Assembly (NCBI GenBank): GCA_021432655.1
Contig: MU271182.1
Location: forward strand, 124,001-188,000
Direction of reading: 5' to 3'
DNA from: Atractiella rhizophila
Taxonomy: Eukaryota
DNA length: 64,000 nucleotides
The notes under the pieces are model-generated. The model made no database searches, was not told where the DNA came from, and saw nothing but the letters and a program-made list of their open reading frames with translations. The translations under genes were made by a program, and so were the position numbers. Positions 35,651 through 51,199 of this stretch are shown here, in pieces. Numbering within the stretch: the stretch's first letter is position 1; each line of letters begins with the position of its first letter.

Positions 35651-37435
35651 CGATCATACGACGACCTGGCAAGGACTCATAACACCATGCGCTCCCCCGG
35701 TGTTCCATTTTCCATCTACATCAACGCACCTCATTCGATTTTTTCAATCGAAAACCACCAAGTTCCCACCAGGTTATCGCATCACTCCCATCTTCGAGTC
35801 TTCCAGCCCCTATTCACACCACACCCTCACACATTCTCTCCTCAATCCATCAGATGCTTGTGCTACTCTCAACCGATATCAAACAATAGCTAGCCAGGAA
35901 TTCTTTCAGATGCTAAAGATCAGAAAAATTGTAAGTATTCATTAGGTTGGTGATGGTTGTGGAGTAGCCAACAAGGTGCTCATATGTGATACAGTCACAC
36001 TTCACATATAAAGTGTAGTAGACTCATGATTTTCAGGCACCAACCGTACAAATATTAGACGAAGCACATTCATATCAATAGTTTGCTGCTTGCTTCTGAT
36101 TTCCGCTCTTTTGTGCTTTCTTTGTGCATTGCTTTTGTACACATGGCTTCTGTTTGTTTTTACTTGATTCTTGTTTCCTATCAGATGAAGGAGTTCTGAC
36201 ACAGCTTCGTGTTACCATGTAGGCACACTGACTTCCGTCATTAGATAAGACTGTAAGTTTTCTTATTGTTTTTCACAATGTCTGATCACATGAGCTAGAC
36301 CTTATATGCATTCTGAGCTTAGAAGCAGATCGAAGTTTTCCAGGTCGGTCTTGCCACTCGCTAACGTGCTCTTTGTATTAACAAAGGTTAATGGGGTGAC
36401 AGATTATTTAGTTTGCAGTTCGGACTAATTGGCTTGGCTAATGGCTTCAACAGTGGTATGTTTACTTGCTGTTATTACCGCTACCTTCTGATCCTTGCAC
36501 GATTTGAGGGCAGACAAAAAGTATTGAAAGTGGTGGGAAGCATGGTTAGTACTCTCTTTCTGATATCACGGCGGACAAAATTGAGTCCTGCCCGGACAAA
36601 ATTTCGGGCAGGACACATTCTCCTGCCGAAAGGTTTAATTGAGTCCTCCACAAAAATGCGGCGGGCGAGAAATTGCAGGACTTTTTTCGTCCGGCCTCCC
36701 GGCTCCATCTCAGTCTCTCAATTCCAAAATCCCAACGACAAGGAGTGGGAATAGTTCGGCAGCTAGAAGGCATGCATGCCCATGGTGCTGTAAAGAGAAA
36801 TTTTGCCCGTAACGTAAGTCTCTCAGGCTTTTATAATTTACATCGGATTACAGGATTGAGAGTATCTTCTACTATTATCGTGTTGCAGCCTTACAGATAT
36901 TATCAACACTTTCCACACCATGTCTTTTTTAGCCAAAGTCCCATCTCTCCCTTTCATCGAGATGTTTTCACACGCACCTGCACATTGCATAGCTGACACT
37001 CCTGCAATTTGTAGCTTCAACATCGGCTTTCGAGTTGAGGTGTGCCAGCTTCCCACCTTCACGCTCGACAGCTACCTTTGTCCTCCATGCCGTTGTAGCA
37101 GTGTCAGGAATTTGGGGATCATCAGATTGGGTGAGAGTGCGGTGACGATGTGGGATGCCACACGGAAGCCTTCCTGAGTCATCACTGCGGGGGGACGCTT
37201 ATTTAGGACGCGGGCAACATCTTGGAGCTGCTCGACACCAGCACCATCTGAAGCACCATCTGAAGCTATGATCATTGAGTGTGCAAATCACGTTACTTTA
37301 ACGTGTACTCTGAAGATATCCACTCTACTTGGCAGCTTCCTCCATTGCTCACAACAAGAAGAGTGTCAGCCCTAACACAACTTCTAACAGCTCTGGCTTG
37401 ACCTCTGACTACAGACAGAGAATAATGGAAGGGGA

Positions 37436-38193
37436 CTAGATGGCAGGAGTGAACGGTTTTTGCTCACTGTGTGAACTGGGTATACCTTCAAGTTGAGAAC
37501 AGACAACATGAAAACGATGTCTATCAGCAAAACCTCCAGTGCTATGAATGCCTATACCACCACCTCTCATGGTACCAATACCTGTGCTATTGCTGTGCGC
37601 CCTTGCATCTACGCAGTCTGCCTCATCCATTTCCACATCCAACCTGCAGACAGATACGCTGTCATCATCTTCGAACTCTACCTTATCCGATTCCATCATG
37701 TCCAGTAGACCGGATGCATTGGACATGTCACAAGTATCGGGATGGGGTCCTACACCCAAAGGATGCAAAGTCGCCTTTGCTGCAAGGTTGATAGCATGGA
37801 GGGTACATCCAGCATTGGAGTCCTGAGCTTTGCCACAGACCGCTCCGAGACAAAAGGTTGGCTTCGAAGAAGGGAAGGGCAGTGAGTCCATTGGAAGCAT
37901 GGTCTGATCCAATGTTTCCTGTACAGAGTACTGCTATTAGAATCAAACAAAAGAGAAACAAAAAGAGTGTGTGTGCCAAATTTCTGCATCAAATTCTTGT
38001 CTGCAATTGTCTTTGAGATCTTGTGTACAAGGACAGGTGCTGTTGATAATCCGCTCAGAATTGAGCTTCGAAGAACTCGTTCTTGCTTCACCCAATCAGT
38101 GTCGATGTAGTGAGCGATAATGGCATGGATATGGTGGAGGCTCCCAAAGCTGCTCCAGCCATCGTGTTCAACGTGGACCATGCTTGTATGCAT
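37436..38193 (-). pseudogene. hAT transposase internal fragment
   Basis: HDGWSS...AIIAHYIDTDW...ERVL; CTLHAINLAAK (CxxH motif). Confidence 0.75.
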
Positions 38194-38223
38194 CTAGGAT
38201 CAGTTTTGCTAAAATGCTGAAAT

Positions 38224-39382
38224 ATGCCTCTCATCAACACTCCTTCAGTATCACGGCTTTACCACCTGAAAAAGACGATTAAGGACTTCCCTCCAGCACT
38301 CTCGAAGGAGTATCGAATCGGTCTGGTGGATGCCCACATGAAGCTTGCTGAGTACCACTATCGTTTAGATGACTCCCCTTACTACGTCTATGCAGCCTTT
38401 GAGTTCTTTGAGTTCCGATCTCTCTCATTCAGTCGGTTTGTTCTAACAAATGACAGTTAGTTCTTGATCCCTGACTTGGACCAAATTTCTTTCAGCGCCC
38501 AATCTTCAGCCCATCCGAACAAGCAGCAATTGAAGAGCATAGACCAATCTTATCAAACTATTCAAAGCGAAATACTTTCCGAAGTACGGCCACACCGTCC
38601 CTGTTCAACCCGCACACACCTCTAGCGGGTCTGGATACACTGGATCCTATCTCACTGACGCTTTCAATAACGAAGACAACTGTGGCAACAGTGACGATCT
38701 CGAGGCAAGTGCAGCGGAGTTTGAAGCCATGCAAGAAGTCGATCATGACATGAAGCAGCCACAACTCCCTGCTTCAGTCAATATCTTCGAATGGTACAAG
38801 GCTCAATCGACTGCCTCGCTGCCCGCATGGTCTCGGATGGCAAGAGACATACTCTCCATCCCTGGTTTGTCCTCTGCCTCTCCTCTACTATGTTTAGATT
38901 TGACAACTTCAAAGGGTGCGCTGTTGGTGTGGAACGGGTATTTTCAGGTGCAAGGGACGCAATCAGCATCCGAAGACATCGTTTAAAGCCCTCCACTATT
39001 AGTCTGCTGATCATTACGAAGGCTAACCTTAGGTTAGATCGGACAAGAGAGAGGATGGAGCTATTGAGGAAGCTGGAAGAAGCTGAAAAGATGCACGAGA
39101 TGCAGGTTCTGGCCGAAGCGCAGAGCTGAATTTTGTCTTTACTATAACCATCTTGTATTTCATTTCATAATGCAATTTACACAGGCAATTACTGTCTGTT
39201 AAAAGAGAATCGTCGTCAGGCACCTTCTAGCAACCCATACCGCCGATCGACCTACGACGCCGAAATCGTATCGGAGGCTATATCCAACGAAGCTGATTTT
39301 GAGCTATGACTACCGATACGATACGACTACGGCTTATAAGCCGCCACGACTCCGATACGATATGATTCGATAGCCATCCCTA
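38224..39382 (+). mobile_element. 3' part of a hAT element including its right TIR
   Basis: WSRMARDILSIPG/CAVGVERVFSGARD dimerisation domain, close to the 46120-50433 transposase; CGATA subterminal repeats; ends GCCATCCCTA (TAGGGATG on the minus strand, Ac-like). Confidence 0.85.
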
Positions 39383-39419
39383 CTGTTGATGTTGGTCCCA
39401 CCTTCATCCCTAACCCTAA
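39383..39419 (+). repeat. 3' tip of the TAACCC-terminated repeat, abutting the hAT TIR
   Basis: CTGTTGATGTTGGTCCCACCTTCATCCCTAACCCTAA matches ~27705-27741. Confidence 0.85.
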
Positions 39420-39731
39420 GGTTCAAAAGGCACTGTGGATGCCGTGATTTACAATGATGGATTGACCGTTACTTAACATGCAGCCTAGAGAGAGAGGTAA
39501 TGAAGACAAAAGTTATCGGCAGAGAAACACAGAAATGAACGTTTGGAGAACTGATTCGACAGGGCGAGTATATATATATACTAAAGAGATCTTTGGGTAG
39601 CGCTAACTGGAGATGCCGATGAGGTATTGATAGTCAAAAAAGGTTAGCAAGGGAAAGAAAATCGTGGTCGCTAAGATTGGACGGTTACTGTACCTGAAGG
39701 ATCGGCAGATGCTGCCGACGTCACAGTGTTA

Positions 39732-41577
<1,846 letters not shown>

Positions 41578-44500
41578 GGCTGGGCGTCTGTGGCAGGGAC
41601 TCGCAATAAGAAAGGCAACGAAAGTCTTCATGCGTTCCAGTTTCGACGCCTTTTTTTTTGGAGAAGGTGCACCGTCTTCGCTGGCATACAATGCGCGTTC
41701 TGGAGTAGACATATTTTCTTCCCTCGCATTCGCCGCAATTTCTTCCACTCCGATTGCCTCCAGCAATTTGTCGCAATCGGTAATATCTGAAGCTTCCGTG
41801 TAAAGCTGACGTGCACGCATGATTTCCTCCCTGGCCGCGGAGTGCTTTGATTGTCCGAAGAGGAATAGGAATAGGGCCATCTTTTGCCTGCTATGAGCTT
41901 CATAGTAACCCCCAACCGTCATGCTCAAATTGACCATTTCTCCATAAAGTTCATATGCCTTAGTGAGCTGGTGGTCTTGAGCGTAAACAGAAGCGGTTTT
42001 GGAAAGGCAGTTAAGTCGACCTCCCACATCTTCCACAAACATATACAGCACTTTCGCCACCTCAAACAGTTTCAATGCTTCCTCGCTACACCCGCAACCC
42101 TGTTCGATCTCCCCCATGCCGTGAATGCAGTGGGCAAGGCCCTGAAGATCTTTCACAACTGTATACAGCTCTTTCGCCTCCTCAAACCGTTTCAACGCTT
42201 CCTCATTCCGCCCACGACGATGCTCAATCTTCCCCATGCCATGAATGCAGTGGGCAAGCCCATACGGATCCTCCACAGTCTTATACAGCTCTTTCGCCTC
42301 CTCAAACAGTTTCAACGCTTCCTCGTTATGCCCACGACCCTGTTCGATCTCCCCCATGCTGCAAATGCAGTGGGCAAGGCCACGCTGATCCTCCACAAAC
42401 ATATACAGCTTCTTCGCCTCCTCAAACCGTTTCAACGCTTCCTCGTTCTGCCCACAATACTGCTCAATCTCCCCCACGCTGTGAATGCAGTGAGCAACAC
42501 CTTGCTGATCTTCCACAACCTTATACAGCTCCTTTGCCTCCTCAAACCGTTTCAATGCTTCCTTGTTATGCTTCCAACCCTGCTCGATATTCCCCACGCA
42601 ACGAATGCAGTCGGCAAGCCCTTGCTGATCTTCCACAACCGTATACAGCTCTTTCACCTCCTCAAACCGTTTCAACGCTTCCTCCTTATGCCCGCGACAC
42701 TGTTCGATCTCCCCCATGCCGCGAATGCAGCGGGCACGGCCTTGCTGATCTTTCGCAACCATATACAACTGCCTTGCCTCCTCGAACCGTTTCAATGCTT
42801 CCTCATTATGCCCACAACACTGCTCAATCTCCCCCATGCTGTAAATGCAGTGGGCAAGGCAGCGCTGATCTTCCACAACCTTATACAGCTTCTTTGCCTC
42901 CTCAAACTGTTTCAGCGCCTCTTGTAGGTTCCCCTTCTGTCGGAATGCTGATCCAAGAGCCCGTGTCAATTCAGCGGTCAGTAAATAGAGATGGACTCTG
43001 TGCAGGATAAAGCGGACTGATACAGTGGAATGGAGAGAAGGCTTTGAAGATACAGAAAAGTCCAGGTTTCTGCTAGGAACATGTATGCTGCTTTCCGATC
43101 ATCCAGGTGTTGAAAGGCAGCTAGAAGGACATATTCAAGGTTTGGATAATCGTTGCGAAACGACAGCAGTCCGTTCCGCTCAGCTTCATCTTTGACCCGT
43201 TGTACATTTTTACGAGCCTTCTCTATGAGAGCTTCAGACAACAGCTGAAGTGACAAAGCAGTGCCTTTGAAAGGGTCAATGCTACCTAGGACCAAGCGAT
43301 TGATATGTTCGCGAATTGGTGCCAGCATGTGCAAAAGTTTAGAGTTTGTGAGGACATCCATGATGTCTTCAGCAAGTCCAACAGTTAAGATTGATGTGAC
43401 GAGCACGGAAGCCTGTTCCGATTGATGGGGACAGTTGTTATCCAAGATAGCGATAATGTCGTCCGCCAGGAGACCGTCAGGAGTCCATGATAATAAGGCG
43501 AGGATAAAAGCGCTGCGGTATTCATTTTTTCTGAGAAGCGGTGAATCGAGCGAAAAAGATATGGAAGTGGCGAGAGTGAGTGTCTCTTCGCTATCTTCGT
43601 TCCATAATACGGTGGTCTTCTTTTCCGCCCACTTCTTGGCCAAATCTGCAACCGGCTTAGTTGACTCCACGTTGGTGCGAAGAGCTTGATAGACAAGGCA
43701 TGATGGTCCAGCTTAGCGAAAATGGACTCCAGTAGTTGTTCCGCACAATCTTCTTCTCCCATGTACGTGTACTTGAACAATTTTTTTCCAGCAGCGTCGC
43801 TGATGCGTCCGATCACCAGCTTTTGAAATCTCACCTCTGTCGAATCCACGTGTTCCACCTGATGGCCTCGGTGTACTACGACGAGAATGGAACCAGAGGC
43901 ACAATCTCTGGACAGAAGGTATTGGAAGAATGATTGTAGGTTATTCTTGTCGGACCGTGCAGGAGTCTCGAAGTTATCCAACACGAGAAGACACTTGTGA
44001 GTTCGGAAATATCGTGCCACGGCGGCAGGCTCTTTTTCTCCCTGTCGGGGAGCCAATGCAAAAACCTCTTTGCAAAGGTAGTTCCAGAGAGAGGAGAACT
44101 CGGGGAAGGCATCACATCAGGCCCAAAATCGAAAGTCTTCTTCCTTTCCATCTGTCATCCTTGTGAATTCACTCTTGATTTTGTCGGCATGCAGCACTCC
44201 TAGGGCCACAGTGGACTTTCCGTTACCTGCGCCGCCGATGACGGCAAGGTGCTTCTTGTCTTCGAGAATGAAGTCTAATGCTTTCTGAACTTCGTCTTCT
44301 CTTCCATAACACGCGCCAGGAGGAGGTAGTCGAAGTTTCTTGTACACGGCAATCCGATTGTGACAGGCTGAGAAATAGCAAGTTAGCAAGCAATCCCATA
44401 GGACGAGGAATATACCTTTCACTAGCGATTGAGCAGCAGTGCACACTTCATAACTCATCGCTTCCATGTAAGCCTTCGTGCATCCCACAGCATCATTCTT

Positions 44501-45437
44501 TCGCTCCCATTCCTCCCACTTGAAATCTCCGAAGGTATCAACTGAGAAACGATGGTAGCAGTGACCCATCTGACGCCGTTGCATCGTAATCTTCACCTCG
44601 TTTGCAACCCTCGAGCAGTCCGTAGCTATCGCCTTCAAAGCTCTCCCGACATTATCTAACTTGACAGCAGGTGCAACTCCAGAGCCGAGAGACACAAGGC
44701 AAGCAATCTCACTACTCTGCGCCCAAATTCGCTTCGTCTCTTCGACAGCTATTGCCGTAGGATTGTCGCGACTCAGTGAAACGTACTGGGTGGAATCCAT
44801 GTTGACGGGAGGGAAGAAGGGTGGTGCAGCGTCAGTCGCCCTTGCTGCTTCCCAGACCGTATAAGCGGAGGCAGGTATAAACGGCGAGGATCCGGCAGCA
44901 TGAATATCGTATGTACGCATCTCTGTGGAAACGACGACATTGGACTCGTAGGTAGAAACCACGAACGTCCTACATCTATCCTGCAAGGAACATCTTTCAT
45001 CGGAAGAGACTTCTCAGAGTCTTGGGAAGAATCGGTACGTCGCTGGATGACAGCGGTCAAAGTTTCTTCGATTTTTTTCGCCGAGGAAGCGTACTCATCG
45101 CTGGAGCTTGAGGCGTTATTCAAAAACACGTTCTCCACGATCTCTTCGTACGCCGCATTGCATTGTCGAACCGTCATTCCCAGCCTGCTGAGCATAAGCA
45201 CGATCCATCCACCGGTGAAGTCCCACAAATTAGATAAAAAATATCGCAGGGACGAAGATCTTCGTCTTCTGGCACTTTGAGCAGATGCCTGGCTTGAAGC
45301 ATAATCTGCTCAAGCATGTATGGAGCGGAAAAGGAGCGGATGCCGTCATTGTCGATGCAAAGAACCCGCAATCCTAACGGATTCGCCTTCTTGATATTTT
45401 CGGGGACTTTAAAAACCTTGACCAGATTTCGCGGCAT
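41578..45437 (-). pseudogene. NLR-like protein 2: patatin-like + NB-ARC + ~8 highly similar 40-aa TPR repeats; several frameshifts and a TGA at 44117
   Basis: RVLCIDNDG, ICGTS/GGWI, WEAARAT, GGAGNGKST, LLVLDNFET and 120-bp repeats; same intron position as NLR1. Start approximate. Confidence 0.9.
42020..42925 (-). repeat. Tandem array of 120-bp coding repeats (TPR units of NLR2)
   Basis: Exact 120-bp periodicity of CTCAAACCGTTTCAAYGCTTCCTC and GAATGCAGTGGGCAAG. Confidence 0.95.
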
Positions 45438-46119
45438 GTAGGTAAAGTGAGAAATGGGTTGCGGTGCGGTTGTTGAAGTACAAGGCTGGAGGTGACTGAA
45501 GGAACAAGAAAAGTTCCACAAGTCAAATGGTTTCTAAGACCAATTTCATAAGCGCTTCTGTGGGTTATATAGATGCAATCTAAATAAATCAAGGTTGGCA
45601 TGGTAGCTTTGTCAACAGCAAGGAGACAAAGGCTTACGATCGTCAATTGGCATTCACGTTCGGGAGCTCGTCATAAGCTATTCTTGCTGCTTCCGCATAC
45701 GCAGCTTCACGGAGAGCACGGCTATCCCTGTATCCTTCAGCCAAGATACTTGTGAAGGCTATTTGGAATCTCTGCTCTGCCACGTACGTCCACTATGGCC
45801 GATGGAACTTGTGAATGTAGATCTTAATCCTCTCATGAAGTAGTCCAAGGACAACCACACAACCAGCAAAGTGGCTTCTCATCGCAGAATTGATGAGCGC
45901 TCTGGGGTCTGTGAACCAACAGCTAGGGCATCTGGAACAGGGCCAGAGGCACTTCGAGGAGGCGAAGGAGCTGTATTTGATGCTGGAAGATCGACTGGGA
46001 CAAGCTCACTGCATTCGCGGCGTTGCAGAGATCGAGCAGCGTCGTGGGCGGAACAAGGAAGCACTGAAGTACTTTGAGGAGGCCAAGGAGCTGTATTTGC
46101 TGAAGGAAGACATAGGAGG

Positions 46120-49100
46120 TAGGGCTGTCCACCGCAACCGTCCGTACCGCTACGGTACGGCTCGGTAGCCCTATCGTCCGCACGAGATTTTCCATGACGG
46201 TTAGGATACGATTCGATTCGCTCCATTCCACCGTATCGACCGTTCCGGCCTGGGATATTATGGTACGGTGCGGTTTACGGTGACCTGCGGTTCGGGGGGA
46301 TGGGCCAATGACGGACACCTAGTGAGTTTTCACCCGTGGCGCTTGTTTTTTTTACTGAGGTGACTTATAGACTGCGACAGCGCAAAGACGGCTGCCAAAC
46401 GACGTAGGCGCCGTGCTCCTACCCCGCCTTTCCCTCTCTTCAAACCCCACTTCTCTCTCCCACGGTCATTACTCGCCGCATTATTTATCCACCATATTCG
46501 CTGTCATTGGACAGGATTACGCGTTCCATATCATTCAAAATGGCGAGCACAGGAGACATAGATTCAGGAAAGAGCAAGAGAAAGAGAACAGAGGTGGACC
46601 TGGCTGTTAAGAATAATGAGGATGGGACGGCCATGAGTGAGGCAAAGAGGAGAAGAACGAAGAAGGTGGAGTGAGTGTTTGTTTATGAGCTGGTACCTGT
46701 CTCATGTCGCACTCTGCTTCAGGAATTCAACAATCCCGGACTACAACAAGCTGCAACTGATATTCAAAGCACTGCCGCGGCTTCAAAGAGATCCAAACCA
46801 CGTAAGTCCAGTTCTTTTCTTAACATGTACGGAGTAGTCTGACAAGGTGCATAGAAAACTTCCGCACTCTTTAGAAAGCTGCAACCTTTGATCGGTCAAG
46901 CGGACAACGTTGAAGAGGACGTCGACGAACCAATTCACCGCGCCTTTTCCCTCTGGAGCCCGACCTCTCTTCTCGATATCGGGGGCTTTGAAGGCGTCAG
47001 AGCCTTGCAAGATCTGTGGAGGGCTCTACTCAAGGTTACCCCGCTGCCTCCCAATCGTGGCCCGCTGGAGATCAATGCCCGGAAAGCGGCCATCTGTGCT
47101 GGAGCTGCGCGTGTCCACTTCATTTTGGTTCAGGAGGGATTGGCGGATGACGTTGGAGACGAAGAAGGATCGGAGTTTGAGCTGGAAGAGGAAGAGGTGT
47201 CGCTGGAGGATAAGGAGGTTGATCCTCGAGAGATTGAAAATGAAGACATTGTTCTGGCGATGGAGGAGAATGATAAGGTCGCTCCTGAGAAGAAGGGGAA
47301 GAAATCTGGAAAGCAGAGGTTGAGGGTAGGTACTTCTTCATTCACTATGCTGCTGCTTACAAGTTTATAGCAACCCGAGAGTAAGCCAACGACCGCTACC
47401 TCAACCTTTCAGCGTGTTCCAACGCCACCACCTCCGACTGCGGATGACAATGAAGTATGCACATTTTTAGCTTGTCATCCTTCCCGTCACGCTAATAATC
47501 TTCTTAGAGACGAAGCAGTCGGAGGAATCCTGTCTGGTTCTTCTTCGAGGAAACCCAGAAGAAGAACAAAAGGACGGGGTTGAAGTTTCTCGTTGCGAAG
47601 TGCTGCCATTGCTCGTGGGAATACCGGTTCTCTGAGACGGCGAAGGGGAACCTGACAACGATGGAGAGGCACCTATCAGATATGTCAGTTCATGGCAGGC
47701 GGACCAGGGACCACTTGCGCTTGCTCCAAACAAAGAAGGCATCTCGACAAGAAATCACGGAGGAGGACAGAGCCAAAGCGAGAAATGAGAATCATGTAGG
47801 CTTTCTGGCTGCCTTTCGGTCCTCATAACTTATGACAGACACAGATCACGGAGGTTGATGCTGAAAATGCACGTCGTTTAAAAAAGGGGATTGATGTCCT
47901 GGTCAGCGAGCAGCCTGCGAGGTTCGGGAATAATACTGTGAGTAAATCATCCGCCTCATATGTTGATAATAACAACGCATGTTGCCTGTATAGGATTTCT
48001 CCAAAGAACAATTTTTCAAGCTCCTGGACCGCTTCGTTGTCGAAACCGATCAGCCATTCAGTATTGCCGAAGCGCCATCATTCCGCGAACTTCTTCTCTA
48101 TTGCCAATGGACCATACCAATTGTCGAAGGCTGCGGGAATTCATCATCCGCTGCTGTTAATGCTGAGTGGGTCCTCGGAGGAAAGGAAGCGGAAAGTGCT
48201 TTGGAGGATGAAGTGACCTTGGGACAGGGAAAGAAGCAGGCTGGAATGCCGTTTCCGAGTAGACAGACTGTTGGGAGAAGAGTTGTCGGCATGGGAAAGG
48301 GAACCATGGAGAAGTTAGCAAAGGAACTGCAGGTTCGCAGTTTTCCCTTTTCTTTTATCCAGCCCTCATTGCGAGCATAGCAACTAAAGACAAAAGTTCA
48401 TCTCTCACTTGATGCTTGGACATCCGAGAACAATTTTGCTTTCCTTGCAATTATAGCTCATTATATCAATGAAGCATGGGAGCCTGAAGAGGTTCTTCTG
48501 GATTTTCAAGAACTCGATGGACGACATACTGGAGAAAACATGTCTGAGGTAGTGATGAAAGTTGTTGATTTTTATGGTCTTGCGAACCTTGTATGTCCCC
48601 TCCGTATTTTCTACTTCATGATGCTAATGATGGCCAAGTTGGGAACTTTCACCTCTGACAGCGCTTCTAATAATGGGACCCTCGGCCAACATCTGGAAAA
48701 GAAGCTGAACAGCAGAGGAATTCCATTCAACTCACGTGAAAGATGGATACGGTGCTTCCCTCATATCATTCACCTTGCGGCTCTCCTCCTCCTTCAATCT
48801 CTCCAAGTATGGCCCAAAAATCAAAATTCCAGCGAAGCGTCGACAGCCTCGGTACCCTGGCAAGAATGTGTAACCGAGAAGATGAATGAATTTGCGGAGC
48901 TGGAGGGGAAGATCGGCGAGGAGGTTACTGATGAGGAGTTGAAGCAGCTTCAAGGAGCAATCCCGAAGGTATGTAGCTCACTGCTCAATCTATTCATCTC
49001 ATAATATTACAGCTTCGAGAATTCATCAAGTACATTCGTAGTTCGCCCCAACGTGCTAAGAAATGGCTTGAGGAGCTTGAATCTGCGCTCCAAGAAGTTG

Positions 49101-50433
49101 AATCGATGTCTGAAGAGACCCTGCGCAAGTTGATTCTTGATGTTCGAACAAGGTGGGGATCGACCCATGATATGCTTGACTTGGCAATTAGATATCAACC
49201 TGCAATCCAGCGGTATGAAGAGAAGTATGAGCTAGAAGATAAGCTATCAGAGAACGAGTGGTCTGGTATCAAACTCATTTGTAACTGGCTCGAAATGTTT
49301 CGAAAGGCGACAATCCGAATGTCCACGACTTCAAAATCCTGTCTTTCTGCAACCCTCCTGGAGTACCAGGCCCTCCTTGTACATCTACGTACCTCCGTCG
49401 CTAACTTTTCCTGCCGACCTTGATCCAATATATCGAGATGGCCTCGTTGCTGCTCATACCAGACTTGCGGAATATCACTACAGGAGTGATGATTCTCCAT
49501 ATTATATCTATTCAGCCTGTATAGCATTCCTCCTTATTCTAGAAGTTGTCTGACAATCTGCTCAGTCCTGGACCCTCGGTTGGGACCTTCATTTTTCAAA
49601 TCAAATGCCTTCCAACGATACGCAACGGAGATTGAGCAACATAAACAGAACTTGCTCAAGCTCGATCGAGATCATTATTACCGCCCTCCACCGTCTCGAC
49701 CTCGATCAACTACAACTTCTGCCGAGAATGCGCACTATGCTGCAGTTTTTGCCAATCAAGAACCAGACAGAGATGGACTTTCTGGCGCAAGTTTTGAAAT
49801 GGATGACACTTGGATGTTGAAGCCTAAATTTGCATGGAGCCACCGGCGCCTGGATCCTGAAGAAGATATATATGCATGGTACAAGGTTCAGTCTTCAAGC
49901 AACCTTCCTAACTGGTCTCGGATGGCTCGAGATATCCTTTCCATTCCAGGTATGTCTTTCTTATTATCTCCAGTGCTCTAAATTTTCATGTTTTGCTGTG
50001 CAGGTTGTGCTGTTGCAGTTGAAAGGATCTTTTCAGGTGCGAGAGATACAATTGGGATCCGCAGGCATAGCCTGAAGGCGGAAACTATACGGGTTTTGAT
50101 GGTGCTGAAAGCACATTTGAAGTTGGAGAGAGATCAGGAAGCACGGGCATTGCGAGCCGCAATTGCACAATTGGAGGCCTCACTACCAGTGCAGAAATGA
50201 TATAGTACGGGAAGCCTAACGGGAACGACATAGTATTTGCAACGAGATTTTGTCTATTCCCCCTTATCTTGCACCGTGGTACGTCGTAATACGGCTCATT
50301 AAACCGTACCGAATGCCTAACCGACCGTCTTGAGTTGTTCAGTTTGGTAACGTTACGGTGCGGTTACGATTCCCTAAACGCACCGACCGTAAGGACCCCT
50401 TACGGCACCGGTTCGGTACGGTGGACAGCCCTA
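46120..50433 (+). mobile_element. Complete hAT DNA transposon, 4314 bp
   Basis: 15-bp TIR TAGGGCTGTCCACCG / CGGTGGACAGCCCTA; perfect 8-bp TSD ATAGGAGG (46112-46119 and 50434-50441); CCGTA/TACGG subterminal repeats. Confidence 0.97.
46540..50200 (+). CDS. Multi-intron hAT transposase with BED-like finger (integrity uncertain)
   Basis: KCCHC...ERHL...H; LSLDAWTS; TSDSASNN; RCFPHIIHLA; DVRTRWGSTHDML; SIPG/CAVAVERIFS. At least one apparent frameshift (~49410). Confidence 0.88.
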
Positions 50434-51199
50434 ATAGGAGGTCAACTGAATTGCCTTGAGGCAATAAGTTATGTTTATGCTCAGGGCTCACAGACCATGT
50501 CCAAGGCAATGGAGGTTCATCAAGTGGCAGTCAATTTGAGCAAGACTGTTGGTGGCTACAATGAAGCTGTAAGCAGAGAGAGCTTGGCACGAATCTTCTT
50601 CCAGTCATCTAGTTATCACCTTGCTAGGGAGGAGATCATGCTTGCCCGTCAGCTCTACAAAGGTTGTGGAAGCTCTTCGGACGTAGATGATTGCGATGTT
50701 ATGCTTGTTCGGATTGCACAAGCTGAGAGCTTGACAAATGATGGGTCTTCACATAGTTTTGGTATGTTTCATGCCACAAGCTGTACCATCTGATCTCCTT
50801 TTGCAGAGTGCAAACTTTCGATGTAGCAATACTGTTACCCATCATGAACCAATAACCGAATAAGAGGATGTTTGATTCGAATATTGGAACATTTGGACGA
50901 TCCAGAGAGAGAGAGAGAGAGAGAGGGCTAGGCTGGTCTCTGCCCTGCCATTATTACTTTATGACTGGACTGTTCCACCCCCCCAATTTGGCAGGGAGAA
51001 CCAAGTAGGGTTAGGGCAATAGTTTGTTCCGAATGAGTCTTGAATTAGCATGATATTTCATGGAATCAAATATAACATGGGAATCATAAGTAAATTGAAT
51101 AATCGTGATACACGCCTGCAAGAAGCCATGCCAAGCTTCAACACCATTCAAGTCCTTTATTTCCCCTTTGCAGCACCTTTCAAAGACATTAAGAGCATC

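Larger units (their letters stand above)
45880..50793 (+). pseudogene. NLR-like fragment 3 (TPR region only), split by a hAT insertion: pieces 45880-46119 and 50442-50793
   Basis: Removing the element and one TSD restores ...EDIGGQLNCL..., matching NLR2 EDVGGRLNCL. C-terminus AREEIMLARQLY...DDCD. Confidence 0.9.

Noticed and set aside
36000..37260. KDZ-type transposase remnant (possible C-RHG and ER.WS motifs) and a small GTCCTGCC repeat cluster at 36567-36700
   Set aside because: Motifs appear only after assuming several frameshifts and an intron; too weak to call.
42020..42925. CRISPR-like array
   Set aside because: Eukaryotic context; units are in-frame coding repeats with no unique spacers.
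41884..43010. Long plus-strand ORFs (347 aa and 311 aa), and similar ones over NLR1
   Set aside because: Antisense shadows of the 120-bp TPR coding repeats.
50905..51015. Left TIR of the second hAT (TAGGCTGGT at ~50929) and TAGGGTTAGGG at ~51006
   Set aside because: Poor match to the right TIR, no TSD; adjacent to a (GA)n microsatellite.
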